The notes under the pieces: generated by a model
What the model saw: the letters and a program-made list of their open reading frames with translations, nothing else
Databases searched by the model: none
Told to the model about the DNA's origin: nothing
Translations under genes and position numbers: made by a program
Source: Macrostomum hystrix
Taxonomy: Eukaryota; Animalia; Platyhelminthes
Assembly: GCA_950097015.1 (NCBI GenBank)
Contig: CATNEN010000013.1
Coordinates: 682,001-746,000, forward strand
Direction: 5' to 3'
Length of the DNA stretch: 64,000 nucleotides
Part shown: one piece after another, positions 1 to 11,519 of the stretch
Layout of the letters: each line of letters starts with the position of its first letter
Numbering within the stretch: position 1 is the first letter of the stretch

Positions 1-2154
1 CAAAAGGCTGTAAGGTTCAGCGGCTACGCTGACAAAGATGATGACGATGCCGTCAGGAACAGCGTTGGCGTTGCACCGGTCATCGTCACCAAGGAAACGG
101 ATGACGCCGTTCTTGTGGTGCAATGCGGAGACGACGGAATCAGCGGGGGCGATTCGGTGGCGGGCAGCGATCCCAGCCTGCAGAGCTTCCAGAAAGTCGA
201 TGCCCCGACTTTTGAAGAAGAACAGGAGCAGCGAGGCGCCACAGGCGGTGGCGAGGTGTCAAGCACCTGCTCAGAGTGCGGCAGCTGCTCCCTGGAAGCC
301 GGTGAGGATGGCGACGAAGCCGGGCGTCACGGCGTATCAGCCGACTTCAACGATCCAGAGTCGCAGGGCGGACGGTGGCTCCGTCAGCAACAGCTGATTG
401 GCGAGGAGCAGCGAGTCGAGGATCTGCAGCGCCTAGCCGAGGAGCAGATGATGGAGGAGGACGCGATGGTGATGCGTCTGGAGGCTGAGGAGGCGGAGCA
501 GCGACATCTGTTGGCCGGAGATCACGGCGCCGACAGCAAATCCATGGGCAACCTCGACAACGATGCTGACAGAGAAGCTCTGAAGAAAACTGTTGGTGAG
601 CCAGGAATGTCGGAGATCGCCAGTCAGCTGCTGGAGCACGTTGAAGAGCTCAGTCCGGCGGGTGTGGTCCCGGTGGAGCAGACTGCCTTGCAGACCAAGA
701 TTGAAGGCCAAGTTGGAAGTGCCGACTTTGATGGCCAGCCAAAGCAATTGGCTCATCGCGACGATAGAAAACTAGTTGAGCAAATGGAAGAACAGCAGAT
801 GGAAGAGCCGAGAAAGCTAGATGAGTGGAGTGAGGAACATGCGCTGGAAGTGCAATTCGAAAGACATCAAAAGCTGCAGGAACAGACAGAGAAGCTGAGG
901 CAACTAGAGGAACAGTTGGAAGAACAGAGGAAGCTGGAAGAGCAGTTAGACGAGCAGCGTAATCTGGAGGAACAGCGGAAGCTGGAGGAACAACGGAAAC
1001 TGGAGAAGCAGTTAGAAGAACAGCGGAAGTTGGAGGAGCAGTTGGAGGAGCAGCGGAAGCTGGAGGAACAGCGGAAGCTGGAGGAACAGTGGAAACTGGA
1101 GGAGCAGTTGGAAGAACAGCGGAAGCTGGAGGAACAGTTGGAAGAGCAGCGGAAGCTGGAGGAGCAGCGGAAGCTGGAGGAACAGCGGAAGCTGGAGGAA
1201 CAGTGGAAACTGGAGGAGCAGTTGGAAGAACAGCGGAAGCTGGAGGAACAGTTGGAAGAACAGCGGAAACTGGAGGAGCATTTGGAAGAACAGCGGAAGC
1301 TGGAGGAGCAGTTGGAAGAGCAGCGGAAGCTGGAGGAACAGCGGAAACTGGAGGAGCAGTTGGAAGAACAGCAGAAGCTGGAGGAGCAGTTGGAAGAACA
1401 GCGGAAGCTGGAGGAACAGTTTAAAGAACAGCGGAAGCTGGAGGAACAGTTGGAGGAGCAGCGGAAGCTGGAGGAACAGTTGGAGGAGCAGCGGAAGCTG
1501 GAGGAACAGTTGGAGGAGCAGCGGAAGCTGGAGGAGCAGTTGGAGGAGCAGCGGAAGCTGGAGGAGCAGTTGGAGGAGCAGCGGAAGCTGGAGGAGCAGC
1601 GGAAGCTGGAGGAGCAGTTGGAGGAGCAGCGGAAGCTGGAGGAGCAGTTGGAGGAGCAGCGGAAGCTGGAGGAGCAGCGGAAGCTGGAGGAGCAGCTGGA
1701 GGAGCAGCGGAAGCTGGAGGAGCAGCTGGAGGAGCAGCGGAAGCTGGAGGAACAGTTGGAAGAACAGCGGAAGCTGGAGGAACAGTTGGAAGAACAGCGG
1801 AAGCTGGAGGAACAGTTGGAGGAGCAGCGGAAGCTGGAGGAACAGTTGGAGGAGCAGCGGAAGCTGGAGGAGCAGCGGAAGCTGGAGGAGCAGCTGGAGG
1901 AGCAGCGGAAGCTGGAGCAGCAGATGGAATGCCACCTGAATGATGCAGTTGCTACCGAGAATGAAATCGCAGTGCACAAGTCCAGCCTTGATGCTGCGAA
2001 GCCAGAGGCTGATGAAACTGTAAACCAGAGCGAGAAAAAGTTCTCGATGTCAGCCGAGGACTCGTCGGCTCATCAGCTGGAAGAGCAGGCGGCCCTTGAG
2101 ATTCAGAAGGTCATGAAGGGCTATTGCGCGAGGAGCCGATACTGCAAGCAGAAG
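1..2154 (+). CDS. Giant coding exon (5'-truncated by window edge): acidic N-region, ~320-aa E/Q/R/K/L repeat rod, C-terminal IQ motif
   Basis: Frame 1 is open from base 1 (QKAVRFSGYADKDDDD...) through the supplied ORF 115..2178. GC-rich coding-like sequence. IQ motif AALEIQKVMKGYCARSR at ~2089-2139. Donor AAG|gtgaat at 2155 (phase 0), after which the sequence turns AT-rich. Confidence 0.85.
962..1925 (+). repeat. Coding tandem repeat of 18-bp (EEQRKL) and 12-bp (EEQL) modules, mostly a 30-bp/10-aa period
   Basis: Repeated gaggaacagcggaagctg and gaggagcagttg units with third-position variation, frame preserved throughout. Confidence 0.95.
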
Positions 2155-2383
2155 GTGAATTTTGACATTTCCGTTTAATAATCTAATTTATTAATTAACT
2201 AATAATTTCAGATGATTATTTTCATTTTAGCACGCAGCCGTTAAAATTCAAGCTCACATTAGGGGCTATTTGACTCGAAAGCACATCACTGATTGCCAGC
2301 TTTCGCACAAAGAGGTGAGGAATTTCTTGCAGGCTAAGCCTTTTTAACACAAACGAATTAATTAAAATTAGTATGTGTTTGTT

Positions 2384-3289
2384 ATGACCCCAACTTAGAC
2401 ACCATGACCCACCACTTAGACTCCATGACCCACCACTAAGACACCATGACTCACCACTAAGACACCATGACCCACCACTTAGACTCAATGACCCACCACT
2501 AAGACACCATGACCCACCACTTAGACTCCATGACCCACCACTAAGACACCATGACCCACCACTTAGACTCCATGACCCACCACTAAGACACCATGACCCA
2601 CCACTTAGACTCCATGACCCACCACTTAGACACCATGACCCACCACTTAGACACCATGACCCACAACTTAAACACCATGACCCACCACTTAGACACCATG
2701 ACCCACCACTTAGACTCCATGACCCACCACTTAGACACCATGACCCACCACTTAGACACCATGAACCACAACTTAAACACTATGACTTACCACTTAGACG
2801 CCATGACCCACCACTTAGACACCATGACCCACCACTAAGACACCATGACCCACCATTTAGACACCATGACCCACCACTTAGACACCATGACCCACCACTT
2901 AGACACCATGACCCACCACTTAGACTCCATGACCCACCACTAAGACACCATGACCCACCACTTAGACTCCATGACCCACCACTAAGACACCATGACCCAC
3001 CAATAAGACTCCATGACCCACCACTTAGACACCATGACCCACCACTTAGACACCATGACCCACCACTTAGACTCCATGACCCACAACTTAAACACCATGA
3101 CCAACCACTTAGACACCATGACCCACCACTTAGACACCATGACCCACCACTTAGACACCATGAACCACAACTTAAACACTATGACCCACCACTTAGACGC
3201 CATGACCCCACTTAGACACCATGACCCACCACTTAGACACCATGACCCACCACTTAGACTCCATGACCCACCACTTAGACACCATGACT
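2384..3289. repeat. 21-bp minisatellite (atgacccaccacttagacacc)n
   Basis: About 43 near-identical units seen directly. Confidence 0.95.
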
Positions 3290-3520
3290 AATTTTTAAAC
3301 AGTTTTACTAATTATTTGGCAGTCTGTTGGACAAAAGTTCTAAATGTGCAGACAAACAAAAAGATAACATTTTATTTCTAATTGTCGCAATTTTCTGATA
3401 TTACCAGTTATTACTATTAGTAGTAGGTAAAGTTGCAATTCATCTAATTAGGAAATTGAATTACATTAAATGCTTTCAGTAAATAAGGTTAATTCAAGAC
3501 AAAACTAATTGTCTCTGCAG

Positions 3521-3793
3521 ATAAAGTCTCATTGCTGCTGCGTGGAGCCGGCTCCGCATAGCGACGACAGTTTCCATGGCAACTACAGCGCCGAGGAGGC
3601 TTCACCGCCAGCTGCGGAGTGCCAGCTTAGGCGCGGCGTTCCGCTTAGCGGCTCCGACTATGATCTCTGCGCCTGTTGTTGCCATGGTGACGGGGAGTGC
3701 GGTGGCAACAGCCTGCTAGACGAGTTCGGTCAGGAGCACATCGGTGTCTGCGGACTCAACTTGCAGATTTGGCAACCGCACGAGGTGCTTTAG
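3521..3793 (+). CDS. Cys-rich exon following the giant exon: terminal (stop 3791-3793) or internal via a weak donor at 3785
   Basis: Acceptor gtctctgcag|ATA at 3520/3521, phase 0, matching the 2154 donor. GC-rich; encodes IKSHCCCVEP...CACCCHG...QPHEVL*. Confidence 0.6.
   Translation: MKSHCCCVEPAPHSDDSFHGNYSAEEASPPAAECQLRRGVPLSGSDYDLCACCCHGDGECGGNSLLDEFGQEHIGVCGLNLQIWQPHEVL
3570..3691. promoter_or_regulatory. Two RFX X-box-like palindromes (GTTTCCATGGCAAC 3570-3583; GTTGCCATGGTGAC 3678-3691)
   Basis: Match the X-box consensus GTNNCC-AT-GGYAAC (second site has one half-site deviation). Function untested. Confidence 0.45.
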
Positions 3794-4639
3794 CTTTGGA
3801 AATTCGATTGGTTTGGCGAGAATTGCTATAACCAAAGAGTTTGGTTGCGTCCCTGTCCTTGGCATTGGCAACTAAAAATGGAATTCTGGGATGGAACTTG
3901 CGTCAAAAGTTATTCCCCTAGCCAAACAGCGGAATAGTACATCAGCTGACCGTAGGAGAAACAATCACATGATCTGATTAGTTAAAATGCCCTATTCCTT
4001 ACCTTGCAACAAACTGATTAATGAAATGCCAAGCTAACCGCATACTTTGCTACTGCCTCTAATCAGTAGTGAGTAGCAGATCTTGTCTTTTAGCATATCT
4101 TCGTGTTGACAGTTTTCAGATTTATAACTCTGCTAAATCATCGACTGAGCAGGATTTTGAGATTATCTATACTCATCGTACTCAAAAAAATAGTACTGCC
4201 CTCTGTGTTATCAGAAATAATTTGCAAGCAACCAGTTATCCAACAATAGCTTTCTAGATCCCAAAATCTTGGGAATTCTCAGCTGATGGCGTGATTTATC
4301 CAATCTTCATCTTCAGTTCCCAACAGGGATAAATGGCTTTGATTAATCGCTGGGCGGACTTTAATTAATTATGCAATTGCAGACTAAGGCGGTTTCTGGT
4401 TTGCACTTTTGCTAAATTTTCTTTTATAAATCTTCTAAACCCTGTATTTACTGTTTTAGTAATCTTTTTTGCCTAGTTTTTTGAGAAGCAAGGAGGTTGT
4501 AGCATTGTGGATAGAAACTTGCCACAACTAACAAAGAGGTCTGGGGCTCGAATCTTTCGAATGTCCATTGTCTATAAACAGATTGCAACACTGGCGTAGC
4601 TAGGAATTTTGTCTATGGCGGAGGGCCGCGCCTTTTGGG

Positions 4640-5002
4640 GGCGCCACTATCACATTGGGGGCCACTATCACATGGGGCGCCACTACCACATGGGGGCGCC
4701 ACTATCACATGGGGCGCCACTACCACATGGGGGCTCCACAATCACATGGGGGCTCCACTATCACATGGGGGCGCCACTATCACATGGCGGTGCAACTACC
4801 ACATGGGGGCGCCACTATCACATGGGGGCTCCACTATCACATGGGGGCTCCACTATCACATGGGGGCTCCACTATCACATGGGGGCTCCACTATCACATG
4901 GGGGCTCCACTATCACATGGGGGCTCCACTATCACATGGGGGCGCCACTATCACATGGGGGCGCCACTATCACATGGGGGCGCCACTATCACATGGGGGC
5001 GT
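4640..5002. repeat. 19-bp minisatellite (atggggg[c/g]c[g/t]ccactatcac)n
   Basis: About 19 tandem units, preceded by cactggcgtagctagg at ~4590, which resembles a hAT-type terminus. Confidence 0.9.
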
Positions 5003-5869
5003 CTCAAACTACGAGTCATTTCTTCAGACCGCGACCAACCCTCGCCATTGCTCACGAAGACTCTGACTCATCGGCTGGAAGAGGCGAGGTGCAGCACACA
5101 CCCACCTCATACTCGTACCTTACAATCTCTCCAAACAGAAAGGATATCAATGAATAACTAGTATTAAATTATGCATTTTTAACTGTATCAGTAAATAATT
5201 GTCTGTTGGGATACTGAAGATTTAGACCGACTGAAATTAGGGATCTCGTATTCGTTTCAGTTCTAGCTCAAGATCTGTGAGCGGCCATGCACGCAGGAAA
5301 TTAACTATCCATCCAACCCCCACCCCAAAAGCTCTCAGAGGTGCGTACATTTTCTCTGCTCTCAGTCTGTGAGCAATCTCTCCCTATATGGAGCAGTGCC
5401 CTCCCCACTGTACAGCACTGGATGACTCGGCGATGCGAATTTCACCTTTCATTCTCCCCTCTCCACCTCTCTCCCCCTCTCTATTCCTCAACGTAGTCTC
5501 TATACTCAATTAGCAAAATGAAACCTCCCCACTGGGTATTCTCTTCCCTCACAGCCAGCCTTGGGTGGAGGGGATATTTTGTCTACTCACAAAACCGACA
5601 AAGCGCCTCTGCCCCACACACCCCCTAAGCTCTACCCCCGGCCCATTTGTGTATGTAAGTCTGCGACAGTGTCTCTTTGTCTGACCCTCGTCTGAACTAT
5701 AAATCTGAGCCTAGATCTCACACTTTCTCTCTCACTCTCTCGGCCTTCTTAGACAGCTGAGGACAGGCAGGAGAGGATAAATATCTTCGCCGCTTCACCT
5801 GAAATCGTCGACCCCTCAAACCCGACCTCCCCCCACCCAGCAACCGCCGGATCGAAACGTCAGTTCGAG

Positions 5870-6760
5870 GCTAGAGAAATCTGTGCATCTGGCGGACTAA
5901 ATTTAGCTCGAGTCTTTCCTTTCGTCTCCCGAACAGCACTCCCATTCCTACCCATCGAGCCGAGAAAGAATGCCACTCGGCGCCGAAAGCCATCACAGCC
6001 GCCGCGCTTGCAGCTAGAGAGAAATCCCCTAACCAACAGCCTCGACTTTCACTTCGCATTTCCTCCCCCTCCGGATCCCGGGATCCGTGTCCTAAAAAAG
6101 CACAGGGCAAGGCTGGATAGAACTGCCCCTCCCTGCGTAGTCCACGCTCGGCCAGCTGTTCGAATAGCCGCCCTAGCCTATTCTATTTACTCTAGTTCTC
6201 TTGCCCCTGTTGCGTACAGTCCGGCGAAGCGTCTGCAGCATCAGCAGCAGCAGCAGCAGCAGCAGCACTGTGCCGCGTAATCGCTCTAGTGCACAGTCTG
6301 CGCCCCCAAAACCCTAGCCCCTGCACGAAATCCTCTCTGTACCGCTGCCCCAGCGTTCTGCGGCCTCCGAGACAAGCGAAACGCATCTACGAAACCTTCC
6401 CGATTCCGAACCGACAGACGGGAAAGCGGAGGGGGTTGAAACTTTGACAGAGGAAGGAGAGCGAGAGAAAGAGAGGAAGAGAGATAGTCAAGCGCGACGT
6501 GTGCAGTCGACCATCTCCGAACCTCAACTAGGCGGAGAGAGAGAGAGACAGAGAGGGCGGGGAGCGAATCGTTCGTCCCTTCCAATAGTTGCTGTGCGTC
6601 CAGCTCCCTATAGAACTGGTGCACAGATCCGGCGCAGCTGGTTGCTCTTCGTTGCCCGCCCGTCGCGGCCTGGTCCTCTTCGTCCCAGCCTCTGAATCTG
6701 TTCTCCCTTTTACCTGGCCGCACTAAGGGGGTGCCAAAAAAGACAGACTAGACACAGACG
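5870..6760 (+). promoter_or_regulatory. GC/CpG-rich putative promoter or 5'UTR region of the 4xIQ transcript
   Basis: CpG-rich non-coding tract with (CAG)8 at 6242-6265, a 16-bp perfect palindrome cggatcccgggatccg at 6072-6087, a possible donor acg|gtcagt at 6761 and a downstream acceptor ttctttag| at 7154. TSS position unknown. Confidence 0.35.
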
Positions 6761-7178
6761 GTCAGTATAGAAACCAAGCGAAGAAAGTTCGACAACGAAT
6801 AACGACTGAAGATCTGTCGGCGGCGGCAAGTTGTTTGCAAAAAAGATCAGCTTCATTTTCACTCCTTGCTTCAATTGAATTCTGAACAAACTGACCAAGA
6901 GGTGTGACCGGCCATTTCGACTGCAGTGTCGCCATTTCATTTGCATCCGAGAACTACAAAAAGCCCTGGCTTACAACCAAAGGACTTCTGCTGCCCATTC
7001 TCTGCGCCAGAAGTATTAATTCTTCAAGAGAGAAGTCTTTGTGCAAAAGAAGTGAACGAGGTCATTTTGCGATTTCTCGCTGCGAGGTTTCGACTTTGAG
7101 CCCGGGCGCTGCGCAATCTGGGAATTGTTAAAGAAATTGGTTGACATTCTTTAGATTAGCAAATCAGAGGCCTCTCAA

Positions 7179-7748
7179 ATGCCTTTCGGCTGTTTCGGCA
7201 AGCGTAAAAAGAAGGAGAAGTCAGCTGCCGATGGCGGCCCCGACAACGACTGCGCTCCAATGTCCGGCGCGGCCGGACCCGGCGCGACCGACGTCGCCAA
7301 GAATGGCAACGCTGACGTCAGCGAGACGGTGGTGGCCGCCCGCTCGCAGGGCGCCCAGTCGGCGGCCGCGCCCGGACTGAGCATTCAGAAGTCGGCCACG
7401 CTGGCCAGATACGACTTTCTAAGAAAGAGCGACTTCGTCAACTCGGCGGACAGGTGGGCGGCGCTTAAGGAGCAATACCTGGCGCCGAAGATGACGCAAT
7501 CGCAGCACGGAGGCCACCTGGCTCCGCCGGAGCCGTCAAGCGCGCCGCCTGCCGCCGCCAACGGGCCGCCAACGCTCGGACCCGGCTTCGGAGCTCGCGG
7601 CGGTCGAGCGGCCCAGAGCCTGCCCCGGCAGTTCTCGCCGCCGTCCACAGTGGTCTCTGTGGTGAAGTTTTCGCATTGGTTCTATGATCGCCAGGTCAAG
7701 GAGGAAGAGGCGAGGCGTGAGGCACAGGAGAGGGAAGAGAAGAGCCGG
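7179..7748 (+). CDS. 4xIQ protein exon 1 (GAP-43/neuromodulin-like N-terminus MPFGCFGKRKKKEK); exon begins at 7155
   Basis: ATG at 7179, GC-rich open frame, donor CGG|gtaaga at 7749 (phase 0), acceptor ttctttag at 7154. Confidence 0.8.
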
Positions 7749-9072
7749 GTAAGACACACGTCCTGTGACCTTGCCCCTGAGGACAGCTGTACGAGTCCAA
7801 TATTTTGGAATCCAAAGAAGAAAACGTTTTTGTACTTTTCTAAATCTACAAAGCGTTAATGCAAAGCAAATCAGCATCAGCAGGTGGGTTGTGTGTCGGG
7901 GTTGGAGAATCGAATGTACAACAATGCTTTCATGATGCATTTTAGTAATGTAGCCAGGAACACACACAGCGCACAAAGGACCATCCGTTCCGATTCGATT
8001 GCCCATTTCTCCCACTCCGGTCGGCCACGGTCCAGCTCCATCGCGCTAGGAGCCCAGGACCTGGCAGCGGGGGCTAATGTTATCCCAAACTGCTTTCGCG
8101 GCTGGGGTGGGGCTCGGGGACTAGGGTCTACGGCGAGGTTGTTGTTGAAGCTGAATATGCATTCGGAAAGAAACCAACAAGAAGGAAAGAGGAGAGAGGA
8201 GAGAGAGGAAGATGGCAAAGAGTGGGTGGTTTAGTCATGGCTTTTTCTGCATAGCTGAATTTTGGAATAAGGAGCGGGCTTTGGATTGGAATGCTTTTTT
8301 AGCAAAATAGGGGGTGGGTAGAGGGAAATGAGGAGCCAGGGGTGGGTAGAATTTGGGAGGATCTGGCAAGGATAGGCATGGCTGAGGAAAATGTCAAGTC
8401 GCCCTTCCTGAGGTCTGAGGGATTGAAGGATATCGTGCTATGTGCTTTAGCGCAGTAGTTGGTCGAATCAAAGATCGCTATGCTAATAAAACTTCTCTAT
8501 TCTCATAGCGACGTCATATCTCGGGGTGTTCAACTCTATGTAGAATTTTGAAAATTCCAAGAAACTTTATACCAAAATAGGGGGATAAAACTTCGTCTGA
8601 CAGTGTTATTCCTTAGTTCTCCATTTACTCTCTCCCTGCTGAGGCGTTGGCAGCAAAAATTTGATGAAAATGAAAGATAAAACGGCGAAGGGCGAGGGCG
8701 AGAGGCTCGAAACGATAATTCGAGTTCGGGGTAGGAGTGACGCTGGCTGAAGGGAGAAATATTCCATAATCCCACAAGCTGTTTACTCAGCCTCCCCAAG
8801 TCTTGTCCTATTTCCGGGGCGCGGAGCAGGGCTCGCCTGCTGCGTAGAAATTGATTTCTGCCCGGAGGGAAGAAACTCGACTGACAGACAGGGAAGATTG
8901 AAATAGATTGGGATCAGCGAATTTCGTGGATCTGGGATTCGAGATTCTGCCCCACCCCCAATGTGTCTATTGAGTATTGCATACATTTTTTAACGCTTTC
9001 CATCGGTCACAATATTTCTGGCAGATATTGTATCTAAAGGAAGTTATTTGCACATAATTATTATGTGCAAAT

Positions 9073-9411
9073 TATATATAATAATTGTATAAAAGAGAAT
9101 ATAAAAAAATAAAATAATAATTCTTAATATATTAATTTTATTTTATTTTTATTATATATTATATTTTATAATTTTATTATATATTTTTATTATTATTTTT
9201 ATTCTTTTATTTTATTATTAAAATGTTTTAAAAATTTTTAAAATTTATAAAAAAAAATTAAAAAATTATTTAAAAATTTATAATTAGTATTTTATTTTTA
9301 TTATTCTTTTTTTTATTATTATAAATTTTATAATATTTTAATTTTTTTAATATATTAATAATAATATAAAATAGAATAATAATATAATAATTGGAATAAT
9401 TATTATATATA
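9073..9411. repeat. Extremely AT-rich island bounded by a 14-bp inverted repeat
   Basis: Almost entirely A/T; tatatataataatt (9073-9086) and aattattatatata (9398-9411). Confidence 0.7.
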
Positions 9412-9561
9412 CAGGCGAATAGCACAATGCACTGGTCACTGTTCGTTTTTTATCCTTGTTATTGTCGCTGCGAGTGCTGTACTTTTATTTGATAAGGCAG
9501 CAGTCGGTTGAAATGCAACCTATTCATAGAGGGCACACGCGCATAAATTTGTTTAAAACAG

Positions 9562-9717
9562 AGATTTTTGGAGGGCCTAGCCGACCCTCCGATCGATTCG
9601 GAGGTTTCCGCAACTGCGGCGTCCGAGGCGGAGGTGACGGCGGCTGCTGAAAGGATTCAGGCGGGCTATCGGGGCTTTAAGACTCGCCAGCTGCTGCAGG
9701 AGCAGAAGCAGAAGGAG
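9562..9717 (+). CDS. 4xIQ protein exon 2 (IQ1: AAERIQAGYRGFKTRQLL)
   Basis: Acceptor aaacag| at 9561, donor GAG|gtgagg at 9718, 156 nt, phase 0-0. Missed by the ORF track. Confidence 0.85.
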
Positions 9718-10496
9718 GTGAGGGGCTGCTGACCCCCAGTCTCCTGATCACATCATCAGACGCTGCTCAGACGGATTGGCTTGCTAAATTGAGATGTTTT
9801 CCACTCTTTTGCGGTTCTGCCGCTGGCTGCTCAGTCGCTTTTGTTGTGCCACAGGGGGACGTCTTGCTTCCGCTTTGAATGTCAGGAGATTGGTGTGGGT
9901 GGATAGTCGTCTTTTGATAAGAAACGCAGGTATTGAAGAAAGAGCTGCATTAAAAGTTCTGAGTGATTTATAATAAAGCGTTAACTTATTGGTTGTGTCT
10001 TGGCGCACTGCAATGTCCTAGAATTTGCATTGTTTTTTTTTCTATGCAATGCAAAAAAGCTTTAGATTGAAAGTATTGCGGCTTGCAATGCAGTTAAATT
10101 AACATTTCAATTGGCTTGTAGCTATAAATGTAGGAAATTTCGTTCGTTCGCTTTTAGTAACGTACATAGCTTGAATGCGATTCATCTGCATGTGTTACGC
10201 GTACACCTTAAACATGAAAGCTAGACTTTAGAATTTACGAAGATGATTCTATGCTAACGTAATAATGTCAAAACTAGAACTACGAGTATATTGCTTTTGC
10301 GCTACCCCAATTAGTTGTCAATTAGCTTCTGGGGGGGAGTTTAAATTTTTATAAGGATAAATTCACTTTTATACTTAGGTATAGATAAATGGTAAAGAGA
10401 CGATTGTTTTTTTAGAATATAAAATTTGGGCGGTAGGTGAGTTAGTTAACTTCTACAAATTTGCGCGGGGCAGTTAGTGGGGAGTTGATTTTTAAT

Positions 10497-10722
10497 CGTA
10501 CATGTGCTTGGGGCAGGGAGTGATTTGGTTGTTGCTCATATGCGCGGCGCAAGGAGGGAGGTGGCTGCTGTACATAAGCTCGGGGCAGGGAGTGATTTGG
10601 TTGTTGCTCATATGCGCGGCGCAAGGAGGGAGGTGGCTGCCGTACATAAGCTCGGGGCAGGGAGTGATTTGGTTGTTGCACAAATGCGCGGCGCATGGAG
10701 GGAGGTGGTTGTACATATTTTC
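10497..10722. repeat. 72-bp tandem repeat, ~3 copies (two 36-bp subunits)
   Basis: ggggcagggagtgatttggttgttgc...ggagggaggtggctgctgtacataagctc repeated. Confidence 0.85.
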
Positions 10723-11519
10723 GGTACCGAGTGGCAGTGTAAGTAAAATTCTCTTAGATTAAGTCAAGCTACAACGGTGCTAAAGTCAGAAAATTTATTC
10801 TGACAGCAATATCTCGCATCAAATATTTCAGACGGATCAGCAGGACTGACTATAAAAAATATCTCTGGACTGAGATTGCAGACAAATTTAGACACTATCT
10901 TGACAGCTAACATCAAGTGACCCTGTCTGTCTCTCTATCTGTCTGTTTGTCAAGTCTTTACATAGCACGGCTAGCCTAAGTGATCTGATTAACGCTGGCT
11001 TCAGATCATTATTAATTCTCTAAAATCAAAATTTCTTTTTTGAATATAAAGTTTCTCTTTAATAAAATATACCTAATCTAACACGTCGATTCGTTCTCAT
11101 TTGCCTATGCTGAATTCGAGCGTTTCTGAAAAACCTATATTTATTTGTTTAGTTGGTCGTATTTTTGGTCTAAATATGGGTTGTTACAATCTTCCTTGAT
11201 TGTAATTAAATCTTCTTTTAGTTTGCCTTTCAACTGCTCTGTCCGTTTGATAAAGTTTAGTCTTTTCGAAAAAAAACGGGTCATAGCGAACTTGCCATAA
11301 TCATACATTTTCTTAGTAAATCACAGACTGTTTGCTTGCACACACTCAATTTGATCGAGCTGAAAGGCGATCTTGGTAACTTGTTTCTGAAAACAGCGGG
11401 GAACCACTTAATATCAGCAAGACTTTCTATTAGTTACACCTTCTGTTAATATACTTATCACATACTATACTCGTATGACGAGTTAGTGCCATCGCAATCC
11501 TTTCACACTTTTACAACCA

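Noticed and set aside
867-1979. Minus-strand ORFs 867..1979 and 1012..1977 (CSSSF / LLLQL repeats)
   Set aside because: Antisense shadows of the coding repeat in the + strand exon.
2155-2178. ORF 115..2178 taken as a complete single-exon gene
   Set aside because: The frame is open upstream of 115, and a GT donor at 2155 marks the shift to AT-rich intron. The last 7 codons are probably intronic.
7749-8234. ORF tail 7749-7859 and ORFs 7536..8015, 7877..8218, 7884..8234
   Set aside because: They lie past a strong donor or antisense to an exon, and show no recognisable domain.
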